Positions 14,033-23,226 of a DNA stretch of 24,000 nt are shown here, piece after piece. Origin of the DNA: Deltaproteobacteria bacterium CG03_land_8_20_14_0_80_45_14. GTDB taxonomy: Bacteria; Desulfobacterota; BSN033; UBA1163. Both the position numbers and the translations under genes were made by a program. How positions within the stretch are numbered: the first letter of the stretch is position 1; every line of letters starts with the position of its first letter. The stretch spans positions 225-24,224 of the forward strand of contig PEUO01000209.1 in the NCBI GenBank assembly GCA_002780715.1. Reading direction: 5' to 3'. The notes beneath the pieces were generated by a model. The model saw only the letters and a list, made by a program, of their open reading frames with translations. It was not told where the DNA came from and ran no database searches.

Positions 14033-15508
14033 ATGAAAAAACAGTCGAAGATCACTGTCGGCATCATGGATCGGCAGACCGAAGTCTTGGGTTGTCTGGA
14101 TGGAAATTTCCGCGGGGATGGTTTCGGCCCTGTATCAGGTTGGTTTTCAGCAAAGGGGACAGCGGGGATGATCGTGCTCTTCGATGAGACCCATCGTGAA
14201 ATCACCCGTTCTCCATCGATCAGGTTCACAGCCCAAAAAGATTCCACCCTTCGACTGCGCCAAGGGACAAAGGTGCGCTCAGGGCAAGCTTTTACACTCT
14301 TTAATGTAACCATCGGAAACCGCTTCCACTGGGAGAGGACAGAAAATCAGACCTTTCAAGGGAACCTGCTTCTCTGTCTGCGCGAGGACGAAACGATCGC
14401 CGCCATCAATGAAATCCCCCTGGAGGATTATCTAAAAAGTGTGATCTCCTCAGAGATGAGTGCTGAAGCTCCGATGGAATTTCTGAAGGCCCACGCAATC
14501 CTATCCCGGAGCTGGCTTCTGGCTGGCCTCGGTCGAAGGAAAAAAACAAAAAAAACGTCCATACCGGCGGGGAAGGAGAAGCTCCTCGCCCACAGGGCGG
14601 AACTTCCCAGTAATGTGTCGCCCATTTATACTGTGCCCCTTGACCCCGCCAAGACGGGGCTTTCGGGGTGCTTGCCGGCCACCGAAAAGGAAGGAGAGGT
14701 GATACGCTGGTATGACCGGGAGGACCACGACCTCTTCGATGTCTGCAGCGATGACCACTGCCAGCGCTACCAGGGCATTACAAAGATCGTATCCAAACAG
14801 GCCGAAGATGCTGTCCGAGAAACGCGCGGGATGGTGATCACCTACCAGGATGAAATCTGTGATGCCCGATATTCCAAGTCCTGCGGGGGAATCACAGAAG
14901 ACTTCGGCACAGCCTGGGATGATAAACGAATCCCTTATCTGATAAGCATTTCGGATGCATCAGTCCCTCATCGCCCGATCGGGACGGAGGAAGAAGCTTC
15001 GCGCTGGATTTTTTCGGCCCCCGAAGCCTACTGCCACACAAAAGACGAAGCTCTTCTCGAAAAAATCCTTCCCGACTTTGACCGCGAGACAAAAGGTTTT
15101 TTCCGCTGGAAGGTCGAATACTCCCGGACGGAACTGGAAGAAATCCTTCGAGAAAAATCGGGTTTTGATTTCGGGACGCTGCATGAAATTGTACCCCTTC
15201 ACCGTGGTCCTTCGGGCCGGATCTCCCGGTTAAAAATCGTCGGTTCGAAGAGAAACGCTGTCGTGGGAAAGGAGCTTGAAATAAGGCGCTGGCTCTCCCG
15301 TAGTCACCTTTACAGCAGTGCATTCCTTGTGACGGTGAAACAACATCTTCACGGGGAAGCCGAGCGATTTACCCTTCATGGTGCCGGCTGGGGACACGGC
15401 GTGGGACTCTGCCAGATCGGCGCCGCTGTCATGGCAACCCGGGGATTTTCAACGGAGGAAATTTTGAGACATTATTTCAGGGGGACGGAAATTAAAAAAA
15501 TCTATTGA
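14033..15508 (+). CDS. SpoIID/LytB domain protein (peptidoglycan-remodelling, lytic transglycosylase-type)
   Basis: LEDYLKSVISSEMSAEAPMEFLKAHAILSRSWLL and DVCSDDHCQRYQG are SpoIID-family signatures. GHGVGLCQIGA lies near the C-terminus. Confidence 0.8.
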   Translation: MKKQSKITVGIMDRQTEVLGCLDGNFRGDGFGPVSGWFSAKGTAGMIVLFDETHREITRSPSIRFTAQKDSTLRLRQGTKVRSGQAFTLFNVTIGNRFHWERTENQTFQGNLLLCLREDETIAAINEIPLEDYLKSVISSEMSAEAPMEFLKAHAILSRSWLLAGLGRRKKTKKTSIPAGKEKLLAHRAELPSNVSPIYTVPLDPAKTGLSGCLPATEKEGEVIRWYDREDHDLFDVCSDDHCQRYQGITKIVSKQAEDAVRETRGMVITYQDEICDARYSKSCGGITEDFGTAWDDKRIPYLISISDASVPHRPIGTEEEASRWIFSAPEAYCHTKDEALLEKILPDFDRETKGFFRWKVEYSRTELEEILREKSGFDFGTLHEIVPLHRGPSGRISRLKIVGSKRNAVVGKELEIRRWLSRSHLYSSAFLVTVKQHLHGEAERFTLHGAGWGHGVGLCQIGAAVMATRGFSTEEILRHYFRGTEIKKIY

Positions 15509-15515
15509 GCATTGA

Positions 15516-16805
15516 ATGGACGCTTCCACACCAAAACCGACATCGCGAAATCCCTGGGCCTGGGTCCCCTCTTTGTACGTTTCCGAGGGGATTCCTTATA
15601 TCATGGCAATGACAGTTTCAGTGGTGCTCTACAAACGCCTTGGCATTTCAAACGCCAAGATCGCCTTTTACACAAGCTGGCTCTATCTTCCCTGGGTCAT
15701 CAAGCCGCTCTGGAGCCCCTTTGTCGACCTATTCAGGACGAAGCGATACTGGATCCTTCTGATGCAGCTCGTCATCGGTGCGTCACTGGCCTGCATTGCG
15801 TTAAGCATCCCGGCTGCCAGGTTCTTCCAATATACCCTTGCCTTCTTCTGGCTGATGGCCTTCAGCTCGGCAACCCATGATATCGCTGCCGACGGCCTTT
15901 ACATGCTGGGGCTCCCGGAGCATCTCCAGGCTGCCTTTATCGGGGTGCGAACGACCTTTTACCGCATCGCCACGATCGCGACCATGGGCGGGCTTGTCAT
16001 CTTTGCAGGTTATCTCGAAGGAAGCGACCATGATATCCCCACAGCCTGGTCCATCGCCTTCTTTGTGTCGGCTGCCGTCTTTGCAGCCCTCTTCCTTTAT
16101 CATTTTTTTGTTCTTCCCTATCCGACTGCGGACCGTCCGGCTAACCGTAACCCTTCGACGTCCCTCACTGCGGAGTTCCTCCACATCTTCGGCCTCTTCT
16201 TCAGGAAAAAGAAGATCGTTACCATTCTTGCTTTCCTTCTCTTCTACCGGCTCGCGGAGACCCAGCTTCTCAAGATCATAGCGCCCTTTCTCCTCGACCC
16301 TCGCTCAAAGGGGGGACTGGGACTCACCACATCAGAGGTGGGAATTATTTACGGCACGGTGGGGGTAATTGCACTGATGCTGGGAGGGCTTCTCGGCGGG
16401 TATGCCATTTACAGGAAAGGGCTCAAGTTCTGGATATGGATCATGGTCTGCATGATGCATTTGCCAAATCTCGTTTTCGTTTATGTCTCGCAGACCATGC
16501 CTGACAATTTCCATTTGATCAACCTCGCAGTTGCCGTGGAGCAATTCGGTTACGGCTTTGGCTTTACAGCCTATACGATGTTTATGATTATGGTGTCGGA
16601 GGGAGAGTATAAAACGGTCCACTACGCCATTTCCACGGGAATTATGGCCTTGGGTATGATGGTACCGGCCATGGCGAGCGGTTGGCTCCAGGAACAGCTG
16701 GGCTATCAGAACTTCTTCCTTTGGGTCATGGCCGCAACGGCCCCGGGGTTCATCGTGGTGGCACTGGTGAAAATTGATCCAGAGTTCGGAAAGAAAAAGA
16801 CGTGA
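15516..16805 (+). CDS. ampG: AmpG-family MFS permease (muropeptide transporter type)
   Basis: 429 aa and polytopic. The N-terminal [48 protein letters not shown] matches the AmpG signature region. Confidence 0.75.
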   Translation: MDASTPKPTSRNPWAWVPSLYVSEGIPYIMAMTVSVVLYKRLGISNAKIAFYTSWLYLPWVIKPLWSPFVDLFRTKRYWILLMQLVIGASLACIALSIPAARFFQYTLAFFWLMAFSSATHDIAADGLYMLGLPEHLQAAFIGVRTTFYRIATIATMGGLVIFAGYLEGSDHDIPTAWSIAFFVSAAVFAALFLYHFFVLPYPTADRPANRNPSTSLTAEFLHIFGLFFRKKKIVTILAFLLFYRLAETQLLKIIAPFLLDPRSKGGLGLTTSEVGIIYGTVGVIALMLGGLLGGYAIYRKGLKFWIWIMVCMMHLPNLVFVYVSQTMPDNFHLINLAVAVEQFGYGFGFTAYTMFMIMVSEGEYKTVHYAISTGIMALGMMVPAMASGWLQEQLGYQNFFLWVMAATAPGFIVVALVKIDPEFGKKKT

Positions 16806-17547
16806 GAAACCATTGAAAGGGCGACGATTCAAGACAGCCTTCATCCTGGGCGCTGGGCTGGGGAGGCGGCTTCGCCCTCTGACGGAGCGACGTCCGAAGC
16901 CGCTCCTGGAGATTGGAGGACGTCCCATCATCACTTACGCGATGGATCATCTCCTGAAAGTTGGCGTGGATCGCTTCATCGTGAACACCCATCATTGCCC
17001 GGGAGTCTACTCGGAAAAATTTCCTGACAGGCGATGGCATGGTGTGCCCATTACCTTTCGCCATGAACCAGTCCTTCTGGACACGGCGGGGGGACTTAAA
17101 AACATTGAAGATCTCCTGAACGAGGACGAGGCCATCTTCTGCTACAACGGGGATGTAGTGACTGATCTTCCCTTGCAGAGCCTCTTGGAGGTCCATGAGC
17201 AGAAGCGACCGGAGGTAACGCTTGCCCTGCGAAGCAGCGGCTCTCTTCTCAATGTGAACATCAATGAGGATGCTGAGATCTGCGATCTTCGGCACACACT
17301 GGGAAATCGGGGAGTTCAAAGTTGCCTCTTTGCCGGCATCTATGCCATGGAGACATCGATCCTTCAGTTTCTTGAAGCCGGCAAAATCGAATCCATCATT
17401 CCTGCCTTGATCAGAAGAATCGTGGATAAACAGGGATCTATCCGGGGAATCGTCATAGACGAAGGCGAGTGGCACGATATCGGCTCCATTGAAGCCTACG
17501 AAGCCCTGAAAGCCAGCATGTCAGCGGGCCTTATCGTATCCGGTTAG
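16774..17547 (+). CDS. Sugar-1-phosphate nucleotidyltransferase family protein (MurU-like)
   Basis: [31 protein letters not shown] is the GxGxRLxPLT NTP-transferase signature. The start is uncertain: ATG 16774 overlaps ampG by 32 nt, and TTG 16813 is an alternative. Confidence 0.7.
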   Translation: MIQSSERKRREKPLKGRRFKTAFILGAGLGRRLRPLTERRPKPLLEIGGRPIITYAMDHLLKVGVDRFIVNTHHCPGVYSEKFPDRRWHGVPITFRHEPVLLDTAGGLKNIEDLLNEDEAIFCYNGDVVTDLPLQSLLEVHEQKRPEVTLALRSSGSLLNVNINEDAEICDLRHTLGNRGVQSCLFAGIYAMETSILQFLEAGKIESIIPALIRRIVDKQGSIRGIVIDEGEWHDIGSIEAYEALKASMSAGLIVSG

Positions 17548-17761
17548 TCTTTTCTGGACACTTAAGGAATGCTTCCGCGCAGATCCAAAAGGGTGTGTAA
17601 TTTGATGGCTCCTTTGTGCTTCCGGAACTTGGCCCATGGGAATTACCCCTTGTTTTCGAAGGGTGATTGGGATATAAATATTCGATAGTGCTGGTGAATG
17701 GTGATTGTGGAAAAACAGGTTTCATTGACACTAATCACCATTACTATTTACCGAAAGGCGA

Positions 17762-18904
17762 ATGGCAATGAAGCGAAGATGGTTTATTATAGGCGTTTTG
17801 GTTCTGGGATTTTTCTTGCTCTTCAATGCATCTTCATCCCATGCCCAAAAATCGCACAAGACTCTCATTCTCCTCTATAGCAATAATATTAATGGCGAGA
17901 TTGAACCCTGTCCGACCTGAGATCAGAAGAATCGTCTTGGCGGTCTGGCCAGGAGAGGGGCGTGGGTGAAGGATTTACGGGAAAATGAAAAGGGGATACT
18001 CGTTTTAGATTCCGGCGATCTCCTTTTCAAAAAATATCTTAATCCCATTCCTGAAAATGGGTTAAAAGGAATGAGCGAGAAGGCCCATCTTATTGTCGAG
18101 AGTTTCAATCTGATGGGTTACGATGCCATAGGTATCGGGGATGATGATTTGAGCCTTGGAAAGGAATTCCTGTTGGAGATTTCAAAGAAAGCCAATTTCC
18201 CCTTCCTTTCTTCCAACCTCCTTGATGAGGCGTCGGGAAAAATTCTTTTTCAATCTTCTCTGATAAAGGAAATCAATGGTCTTCGAATTGGCATTTTTTG
18301 CCTTCTCTCGCCTGATTTCTTTCCAGGTCCTTCTGACCCCCGGAGAAAGGGATTGAACATGCGGTCACCGATCGAAACAGCCCAGGCCATGGTCAAAGAA
18401 CTTAAACCCAAAACCGATCTGATCATCCTCTTGAGCCATCTTGGCTATGTGAAAGATATCGAGTTGGCCCAGACCCTCCAAGGAATCAATATCATCGTGG
18501 GCGGCCATACCGGAATCAATCTCATCTATCCTCCTGTCATCAAAAACACCCCTATTCTTCAAACCGCCTCTCGGGGGATGTTTGGAGGAAGGCTTGACCT
18601 CATCCTCTATAACAACGAACTTATCTTTTACAATTCGGCAACCCAAATATCTTTGGAGAATAACCTCAACAGTATCAACCAGCGATTAAACTCTAAAGAA
18701 ACACCGGAGGCTGAAAAGGCTCAATGGCGAAAAGCCCAAGAAGAGACTGAACGAACCCTAAGCCAGCTCCGGGGTAAAAACGTATTCACCAATAACATCA
18801 TTCCACTGCAGGGTCAGATGAAAGAGCTTCCTGATATTAAAAAGATAGTCGAAGCTTATAAGGCGAAACCCCAGACAACAGAAAATCCTGTCTCTCCGAA
18901 ATGA
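17762..18904 (+). CDS. Secreted degenerate metallophosphoesterase/5'-nucleotidase-like protein, candidate selenoprotein (UGA at 17918-17920 in a CPTU motif)
   Basis: The ATG at 17762 (or 17768) opens MAMKRRWFIIGVLVLGFFLLFNASSSHAQ (a signal peptide), then KSHKTLILLYSNNINGEIEPCPT-TGA-DQKNRLGGLARRGAWV. This continues in frame (204 nt = 68 codons) into track ORF 17966-18904 (KDLRENEKGILVLDSGDLLF...). Calcineurin-fold motif I lies before the TGA and motifs II and III lie after it. Confidence 0.65.
17935..17954 (+). promoter_or_regulatory. SECIS-like hairpin downstream of the in-frame UGA
   Basis: UCUUGGC[GGUCUG]GCCAGGA is a 7-bp stem including one G-U pair. The loop starts with GGUC, 21 nt after the UGA. 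Confidence 0.45.
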
Positions 18905-20676
18905 CGAAGATGGCAAGCATTGATCTAATCCTTTTACATCCGCCAACCCTTTACGACTTCAGAAAACGGCCTGGGATTTACGGTCCGATCAGCGATGTCG
19001 TCCCCTCCACGCCTATCTTTGAAATGTATCCCATTGGATTTGCCAGCCTCTCAGAATATTTAGAGCGCCATGGTCTCAAAGTCAGGATCATCAATGTCGC
19101 CATGAAGATGCTCAAGGATGACAAATTTGATGTGGAGCGGCTTATTCAAAAAAATAAGCCCGTAGCCTTCGGCATCGATCTCCATTGGATGGCCCATGTC
19201 CAGGGAGCATTGGCTCTCGCAGAAATCATCAAACGGTTTCATCCCAAAATCCCCATCATCCTGGGTGGGCTTTCTGCCACCTATTACCATGAAGAGATTC
19301 TCCATCAATATCCTTTTATCGATTTTGTGATGAGAGGAGATTCTACAGAAAAACCTCTGCTTCAACTCCTCCAAACGATCAAAAAAGGGGGAGATTTTAA
19401 AAATATTCCTAACCTTACCTACCGGGATCGGAGGAACGGAATTCAGGCCAATCCCCTCACCCATGTACCGGAGAACCTTGACGAGATTACGATCGATTAT
19501 TGTCACATCATGAAGAAGGTGGTGAGGTATGTTGACCCCACGGGCTACCAGCCTTTTCTTGATTGGTATACCTATCCTGTGACAGCCGTCTTCACCTGCC
19601 GGGGATGTATTTATTCTTGTAAAACTTGCGGGGGTTCCGCACAGACCTTTCGAACGATGGCGAATCGGAGGAAACCAGCCTATCGGAATCCCAAATTATT
19701 GGCGCAGGATATCTTCAATATCTCAGATCACCTCCATGCGCCGGTGATGATCATCGGCGATATCTTTCAACCCGGAGAAGAATATGGTTTTACCTTTCTT
19801 CAGGAGATGAAGAGGAGGCCGATTACCAACCATATCGCCTTTGAATTTTTCGTTCCTCCTTCCAGAGCTCAACTAAAAAAAATTGCCGAGTCCATTTCGA
19901 ACTTCAATATCGAAATCTCTCCAGAGTCTCACGATGAAGAAGTCCGAAGGGCTTTCGGAAGGCCCTATAACAATGAATCGTTGGAAAGGATGCTTGGGGA
20001 TGCCATCGACCTCGGCTCGAAACGGATCGATCTGTTTTTCATGACTGGCCTTCCAAAACAAACCTATCGATCCGTACTGGAGACGGTGGATTATTGCCGT
20101 TCTCTATTGGAACGATTTCGTTCCTATCACAAACTCTTCCCCTTCATTTCTCCCCTGGCCCCTTTCTTGGATCCCGGGAGTATTGTCTTTGAAGCGCCAG
20201 AAAAATACGGATACCGTCTGCTTTATCGGACAATGGAGGAACACCGTCAGGCCTTATTGGCCCCCAGTTGGAAATATATCCTCAACTATGAAACGGAATG
20301 GATGAATCGGGATGAGATCGTCTTCAGCACTTATGAAGCTGGAAAGAGGCTCAATCGTCTGAAGGCCGAATTCGGTCTGATCGATCGAAAGACTGCAGAA
20401 TCGGTTGAGATGCGGCTTGACGGGGCAGTCCAGATGATGAAGGAGATCGACCGGATCATGGCCCTTCCAGATCCCAGAGAGAGAGCGCACGCCCTGGAGT
20501 CCGTTTCAAGTGGACGTCTCTCCCTCCAGCATTATAGCATGTCAACCATTTGTGAGAAAAAAGAACTGAAATGGCCCACTCGATTCATTCGAATGAACTT
20601 CGTCAAGATTCTTAAAACACTCCTGATGAGGAGGAAGCCCAATGTCTCTGTCCCTTCGTCAACAGGCGCTCCGTAA
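18901..20676 (+). CDS. B12-binding-domain radical SAM protein (class B)
   Basis: 591 aa. The N-terminal cobalamin-binding-like Rossmann segment reads VAFGIDLHWMAHVQGALALAEIIKRFHPKIPIILGGLSATYY. The radical SAM cluster motif CIYSCKTC (CxxxCxxC) sits within FTCRGCIYSCKTCGG. Its ATG overlaps the upstream stop (ATGA). Confidence 0.8.
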   Translation: MTKMASIDLILLHPPTLYDFRKRPGIYGPISDVVPSTPIFEMYPIGFASLSEYLERHGLKVRIINVAMKMLKDDKFDVERLIQKNKPVAFGIDLHWMAHVQGALALAEIIKRFHPKIPIILGGLSATYYHEEILHQYPFIDFVMRGDSTEKPLLQLLQTIKKGGDFKNIPNLTYRDRRNGIQANPLTHVPENLDEITIDYCHIMKKVVRYVDPTGYQPFLDWYTYPVTAVFTCRGCIYSCKTCGGSAQTFRTMANRRKPAYRNPKLLAQDIFNISDHLHAPVMIIGDIFQPGEEYGFTFLQEMKRRPITNHIAFEFFVPPSRAQLKKIAESISNFNIEISPESHDEEVRRAFGRPYNNESLERMLGDAIDLGSKRIDLFFMTGLPKQTYRSVLETVDYCRSLLERFRSYHKLFPFISPLAPFLDPGSIVFEAPEKYGYRLLYRTMEEHRQALLAPSWKYILNYETEWMNRDEIVFSTYEAGKRLNRLKAEFGLIDRKTAESVEMRLDGAVQMMKEIDRIMALPDPRERAHALESVSSGRLSLQHYSMSTICEKKELKWPTRFIRMNFVKILKTLLMRRKPNVSVPSSTGAP

Positions 20677-22075
20677 GATTCCCAGTGTAGATGAAATCCT
20701 TTCAAGGCCAGAGACCGTTGATCTCTTAAAGGTCCATCCCCGTAATGTCGTGGTCAAAGCCATCCGAAAGGGATTGGGACAACTGCGCGAAGAAATCCTC
20801 CATCACAAAGAACTTTCTCAATGGGGAGATGCCCTCTTCTCTTTCGAACACCTTTATCCTCTTTTCCAAAAAGAGATTGACCTTCAGATTCAACCCCGGC
20901 TCCGCCGAGTCATTAATGCAACCGGAGTGGTAATCCATACGAATTTGGGAAGATCTCCACTCCACCCTTCTGCGATTGAACACTTGATTGACGTCTCTAA
21001 AAGCTACTCCAACTTAGAATACGACATCGACCTGGGGGAGCGGGGAAGCCGATATACTCATGTCGAAGAAATCCTCTGTCGCCTCTCAGGCGCTGAATCA
21101 GCCTTGGTGGTCAATAATAATGCAGGGGCTGTTCTGCTTGCCTTGAATACTCTTGCAGAAGGCAAGGAGGTTATCGTTTCAAGGGGAGAATTGATCGAAA
21201 TCGGAGGAGCCTTTCGGATTCCAGATGTGATGAAGCGTAGTGGCGCCATTCTCAGGGAGGTCGGGACAACCAATCGCACTCACATCAGTGATTACCAGAA
21301 AGCAATCGGCCCGCAAACAGCCCTGCTTCTGAAGGTCCACACCAGCAATTTCAGAGTGATGGGGTTCACCTCCGAAGTCTCTCTCCAAGATTTAGTCCAA
21401 CTGGGAAGAGAACATCATTTCCCTGTTGTGGATGATTTAGGAAGCGGCTGTTTGGTAGACCTTAGCCTGTATGGATTAGAAAAAGAGCCTACCGTTCAAG
21501 AGACGATCAAAACTGGCGTGGGTGCGGTCACCTTTAGCGGCGATAAACTCCTTGGAGGTCCACAGGCCGGAATTATTTTGGGGAAGAAAACATTTTTGGA
21601 CCTCTTCAAGATCAATCCCCTGACCCGAGCCCTTCGCATCGATAAGCTCACCTTAGCCGCTCTTGAATCCACTCTTCTCCTTTACCTCGATGAGAAGAGA
21701 GCAATGGATGAGATTCCAACCCTCAGGATGTTGAGCCTGGATACGAGTAAATTAAAGAGGAGAGGAAGACGTCTGCTGAAAAAATTGCAAGGGATGATGA
21801 ACAAAAGGATGACATTCACTCTGAAAGAAGATGTCTCTCAGGTGGGCGGTGGAGCCCTTCCCCTTCAAGAACTTCCAACCATGGTGATCGCCATCAAACC
21901 TCTCGACTTTTCAGTAAACAGTCTCGAAGAAAATTTAAGGAAGGGGGACCCTCCCATCATTTCTCGAATCAGCAAAGAAGAATTGATCCTGGATATGAGA
22001 ACCGTCTTCGATGAAGAAATCCCTCTGTTGGTCGCTGGTCTTGAAAAGGCTCTGAAACATCTCCAGTCGCAATGA
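20642..22075 (+). CDS. selA: L-seryl-tRNA(Sec) selenium transferase
   Basis: 477 aa with an N-terminal LRKIPSVDEIL. The PLP-lysine block is FSGDKLLGGPQAGIILGKK, and NLEYDIDLGERGSRY is also present. These are typical SelA signatures. Confidence 0.9.
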   Translation: MSLSLRQQALRKIPSVDEILSRPETVDLLKVHPRNVVVKAIRKGLGQLREEILHHKELSQWGDALFSFEHLYPLFQKEIDLQIQPRLRRVINATGVVIHTNLGRSPLHPSAIEHLIDVSKSYSNLEYDIDLGERGSRYTHVEEILCRLSGAESALVVNNNAGAVLLALNTLAEGKEVIVSRGELIEIGGAFRIPDVMKRSGAILREVGTTNRTHISDYQKAIGPQTALLLKVHTSNFRVMGFTSEVSLQDLVQLGREHHFPVVDDLGSGCLVDLSLYGLEKEPTVQETIKTGVGAVTFSGDKLLGGPQAGIILGKKTFLDLFKINPLTRALRIDKLTLAALESTLLLYLDEKRAMDEIPTLRMLSLDTSKLKRRGRRLLKKLQGMMNKRMTFTLKEDVSQVGGGALPLQELPTMVIAIKPLDFSVNSLEENLRKGDPPIISRISKEELILDMRTVFDEEIPLLVAGLEKALKHLQSQ

Positions 22076-23139
22076 CGCAAAATTCGTTAAAAAATATCAT
22101 CCCAAATCCCCCCAACCCCCCTTTACCCTCCGGGCCAGAGGCCCTCTTGGGCCGGCGGCTAAAGGGGGGAGAGGGGGGATTATCTTTCTCCCTTCGGGTA
22201 ACAGCACGGGACCAAGGAAGGCGCCTCGACCAGTTTCTTTCGGAAACCCACCTGAACCTCTCTCGCTCTCAGGCAAAGATTTTAATTGAGAAACATCACA
22301 TCTTTCTGAATCAGAAACCTACTAAGCCCAGCGCTCATGTAAAAACAGGTGACATGGTCTCAGGAACCCTTCCCGAACCCAAACCCCTTTCTCTCAAACC
22401 AGAACCCCTTCCCCTCACCATCCTTTACGAAGACTCCTCCATCATCGTCATTGATAAACCTTCGGGAATGGTCGTTCATCCTGCCTTTGGAAACCCTTCC
22501 GGCACATTGGTCAATGCCCTTCTTTATCATTGTAAAGATCTCGCTGGTATTAATGGCGTCTTGAGGCCAGGTATTGTGCACCGATTGGATAAGGGTACTT
22601 CTGGTGTGATGGTCGTCGCTAAAAATGACGAGGCTTTCCATCATTTGACCAAACAGTTTAAAAACCGGACGGTGGAAAAGATTTATTGGACCATTGTCTA
22701 TGGGAAATTTAGTCAGAACGAGGGCTTAATCGATTCTGCCATTGGAAGACACCCAAGCGAGAGAAAACGAATGTCCACCCGAACTAAAAAAGGAAGGATG
22801 GCAATCACTCGTTGGAAGAGGATTGAGGAATTTGATAACTGTACTCTCCTTGGTATCTTTCCTCAGACCGGTCGGACCCATCAGATCCGGGTTCACCTCT
22901 CCTCCATCGGCCATCCCCTTTTGGGAGACCCTTTATACGGAAGAAAAGGAAGACCCGGTGCGATCCACGACCCTGTTTTAAAAGAGTGCGTGAAGAGAAT
23001 AAATCGCCAGGCCCTCCACGCACACCGATTGGAATTCATCCACCCTCGGACAGGAGAAAGGGTATCGTTTGTTTCACCCATCCCTCAAGATATGAAAGAA
23101 GTATTGGAATGGTTAAGATCAAAAGCAACCGCAGGTTAA
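22072..23139 (+). CDS. rluD: RluA-family 23S rRNA pseudouridine synthase (RluD-like) with an unusual N-terminal extension
   Basis: It has an S4 domain (RLDQFLSE...SRSQAKILIEKHHIFLNQK) and the catalytic block HRLDKGTSGVMVVAKN, plus HQIRVH. The ATG at 22072 overlaps the selA stop (ATGA), and an in-frame TTG at 22147 is an alternative start. Confidence 0.88.
   Translation: MTQNSLKNIIPNPPNPPLPSGPEALLGRRLKGGEGGLSFSLRVTARDQGRRLDQFLSETHLNLSRSQAKILIEKHHIFLNQKPTKPSAHVKTGDMVSGTLPEPKPLSLKPEPLPLTILYEDSSIIVIDKPSGMVVHPAFGNPSGTLVNALLYHCKDLAGINGVLRPGIVHRLDKGTSGVMVVAKNDEAFHHLTKQFKNRTVEKIYWTIVYGKFSQNEGLIDSAIGRHPSERKRMSTRTKKGRMAITRWKRIEEFDNCTLLGIFPQTGRTHQIRVHLSSIGHPLLGDPLYGRKGRPGAIHDPVLKECVKRINRQALHAHRLEFIHPRTGERVSFVSPIPQDMKEVLEWLRSKATAG
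22105..22181. repeat. GC-rich palindromic element lying inside the rluD 5' coding region
   Basis: AATCCCCCCAACCCCCCTTTA ... CTAAAGGGGGGAGAGGGGGGATT. The inner segment GGCCCTCTTGGGCCGGCGGC is nearly identical to the reverse complement of 10150-10168 in the ferredoxin leader. Confidence 0.8.
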
Positions 23140-23159
23140 TCTGAACGATGAAAATTGAT

Positions 23160-23226
23160 AATTCCCCCTTTACAAAAGGGGGAATTATTTATCGCCTCCC
23201 TTTACTAAAGGGAGGGTGGGGGGATT
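23160..23226. repeat. Two tandem hairpins of the CCCCCTTTA/TAAAGGGGG family
   Basis: The hairpins are AATTCCCCCTTT-aca-AAAGGGGGAATT (23160-23186) and CCTCCCTTTA-c-TAAAGGGAGG (23195-23215), followed by GTGGGGGGATT and the pgeF ATG. The right end, CTAAAGGGAGGGTGGGGGGATTAT, parallels 22159-22183. Confidence 0.8.

Noticed and set aside
16332-17475. 200-aa and 241-aa minus-strand ORFs (16332-16934, 16750-17475) and other antisense ORFs across 12128-16281 and 18365-23081
   Set aside because: All lie within and antisense or out of frame to genes with strong family signatures (pgi, spoIID-like, ampG, the nucleotidyltransferase, the radical SAM gene, selA, rluD). Their Arg/Ser/Pro-rich composition is typical of shadow frames.
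17548-17761. Search for tRNA-Sec (selC) or another tRNA upstream of the candidate selenoprotein; also the ORFs at 17531-17731 (minus) and 17698-17880 (plus)
   Set aside because: There is no cloverleaf, no GGTTCGA-type T-loop with matching arms, and no UCA anticodon loop. The 60-66-aa ORFs have no support, and the plus-strand one is out of frame with the signal-peptide reading frame.
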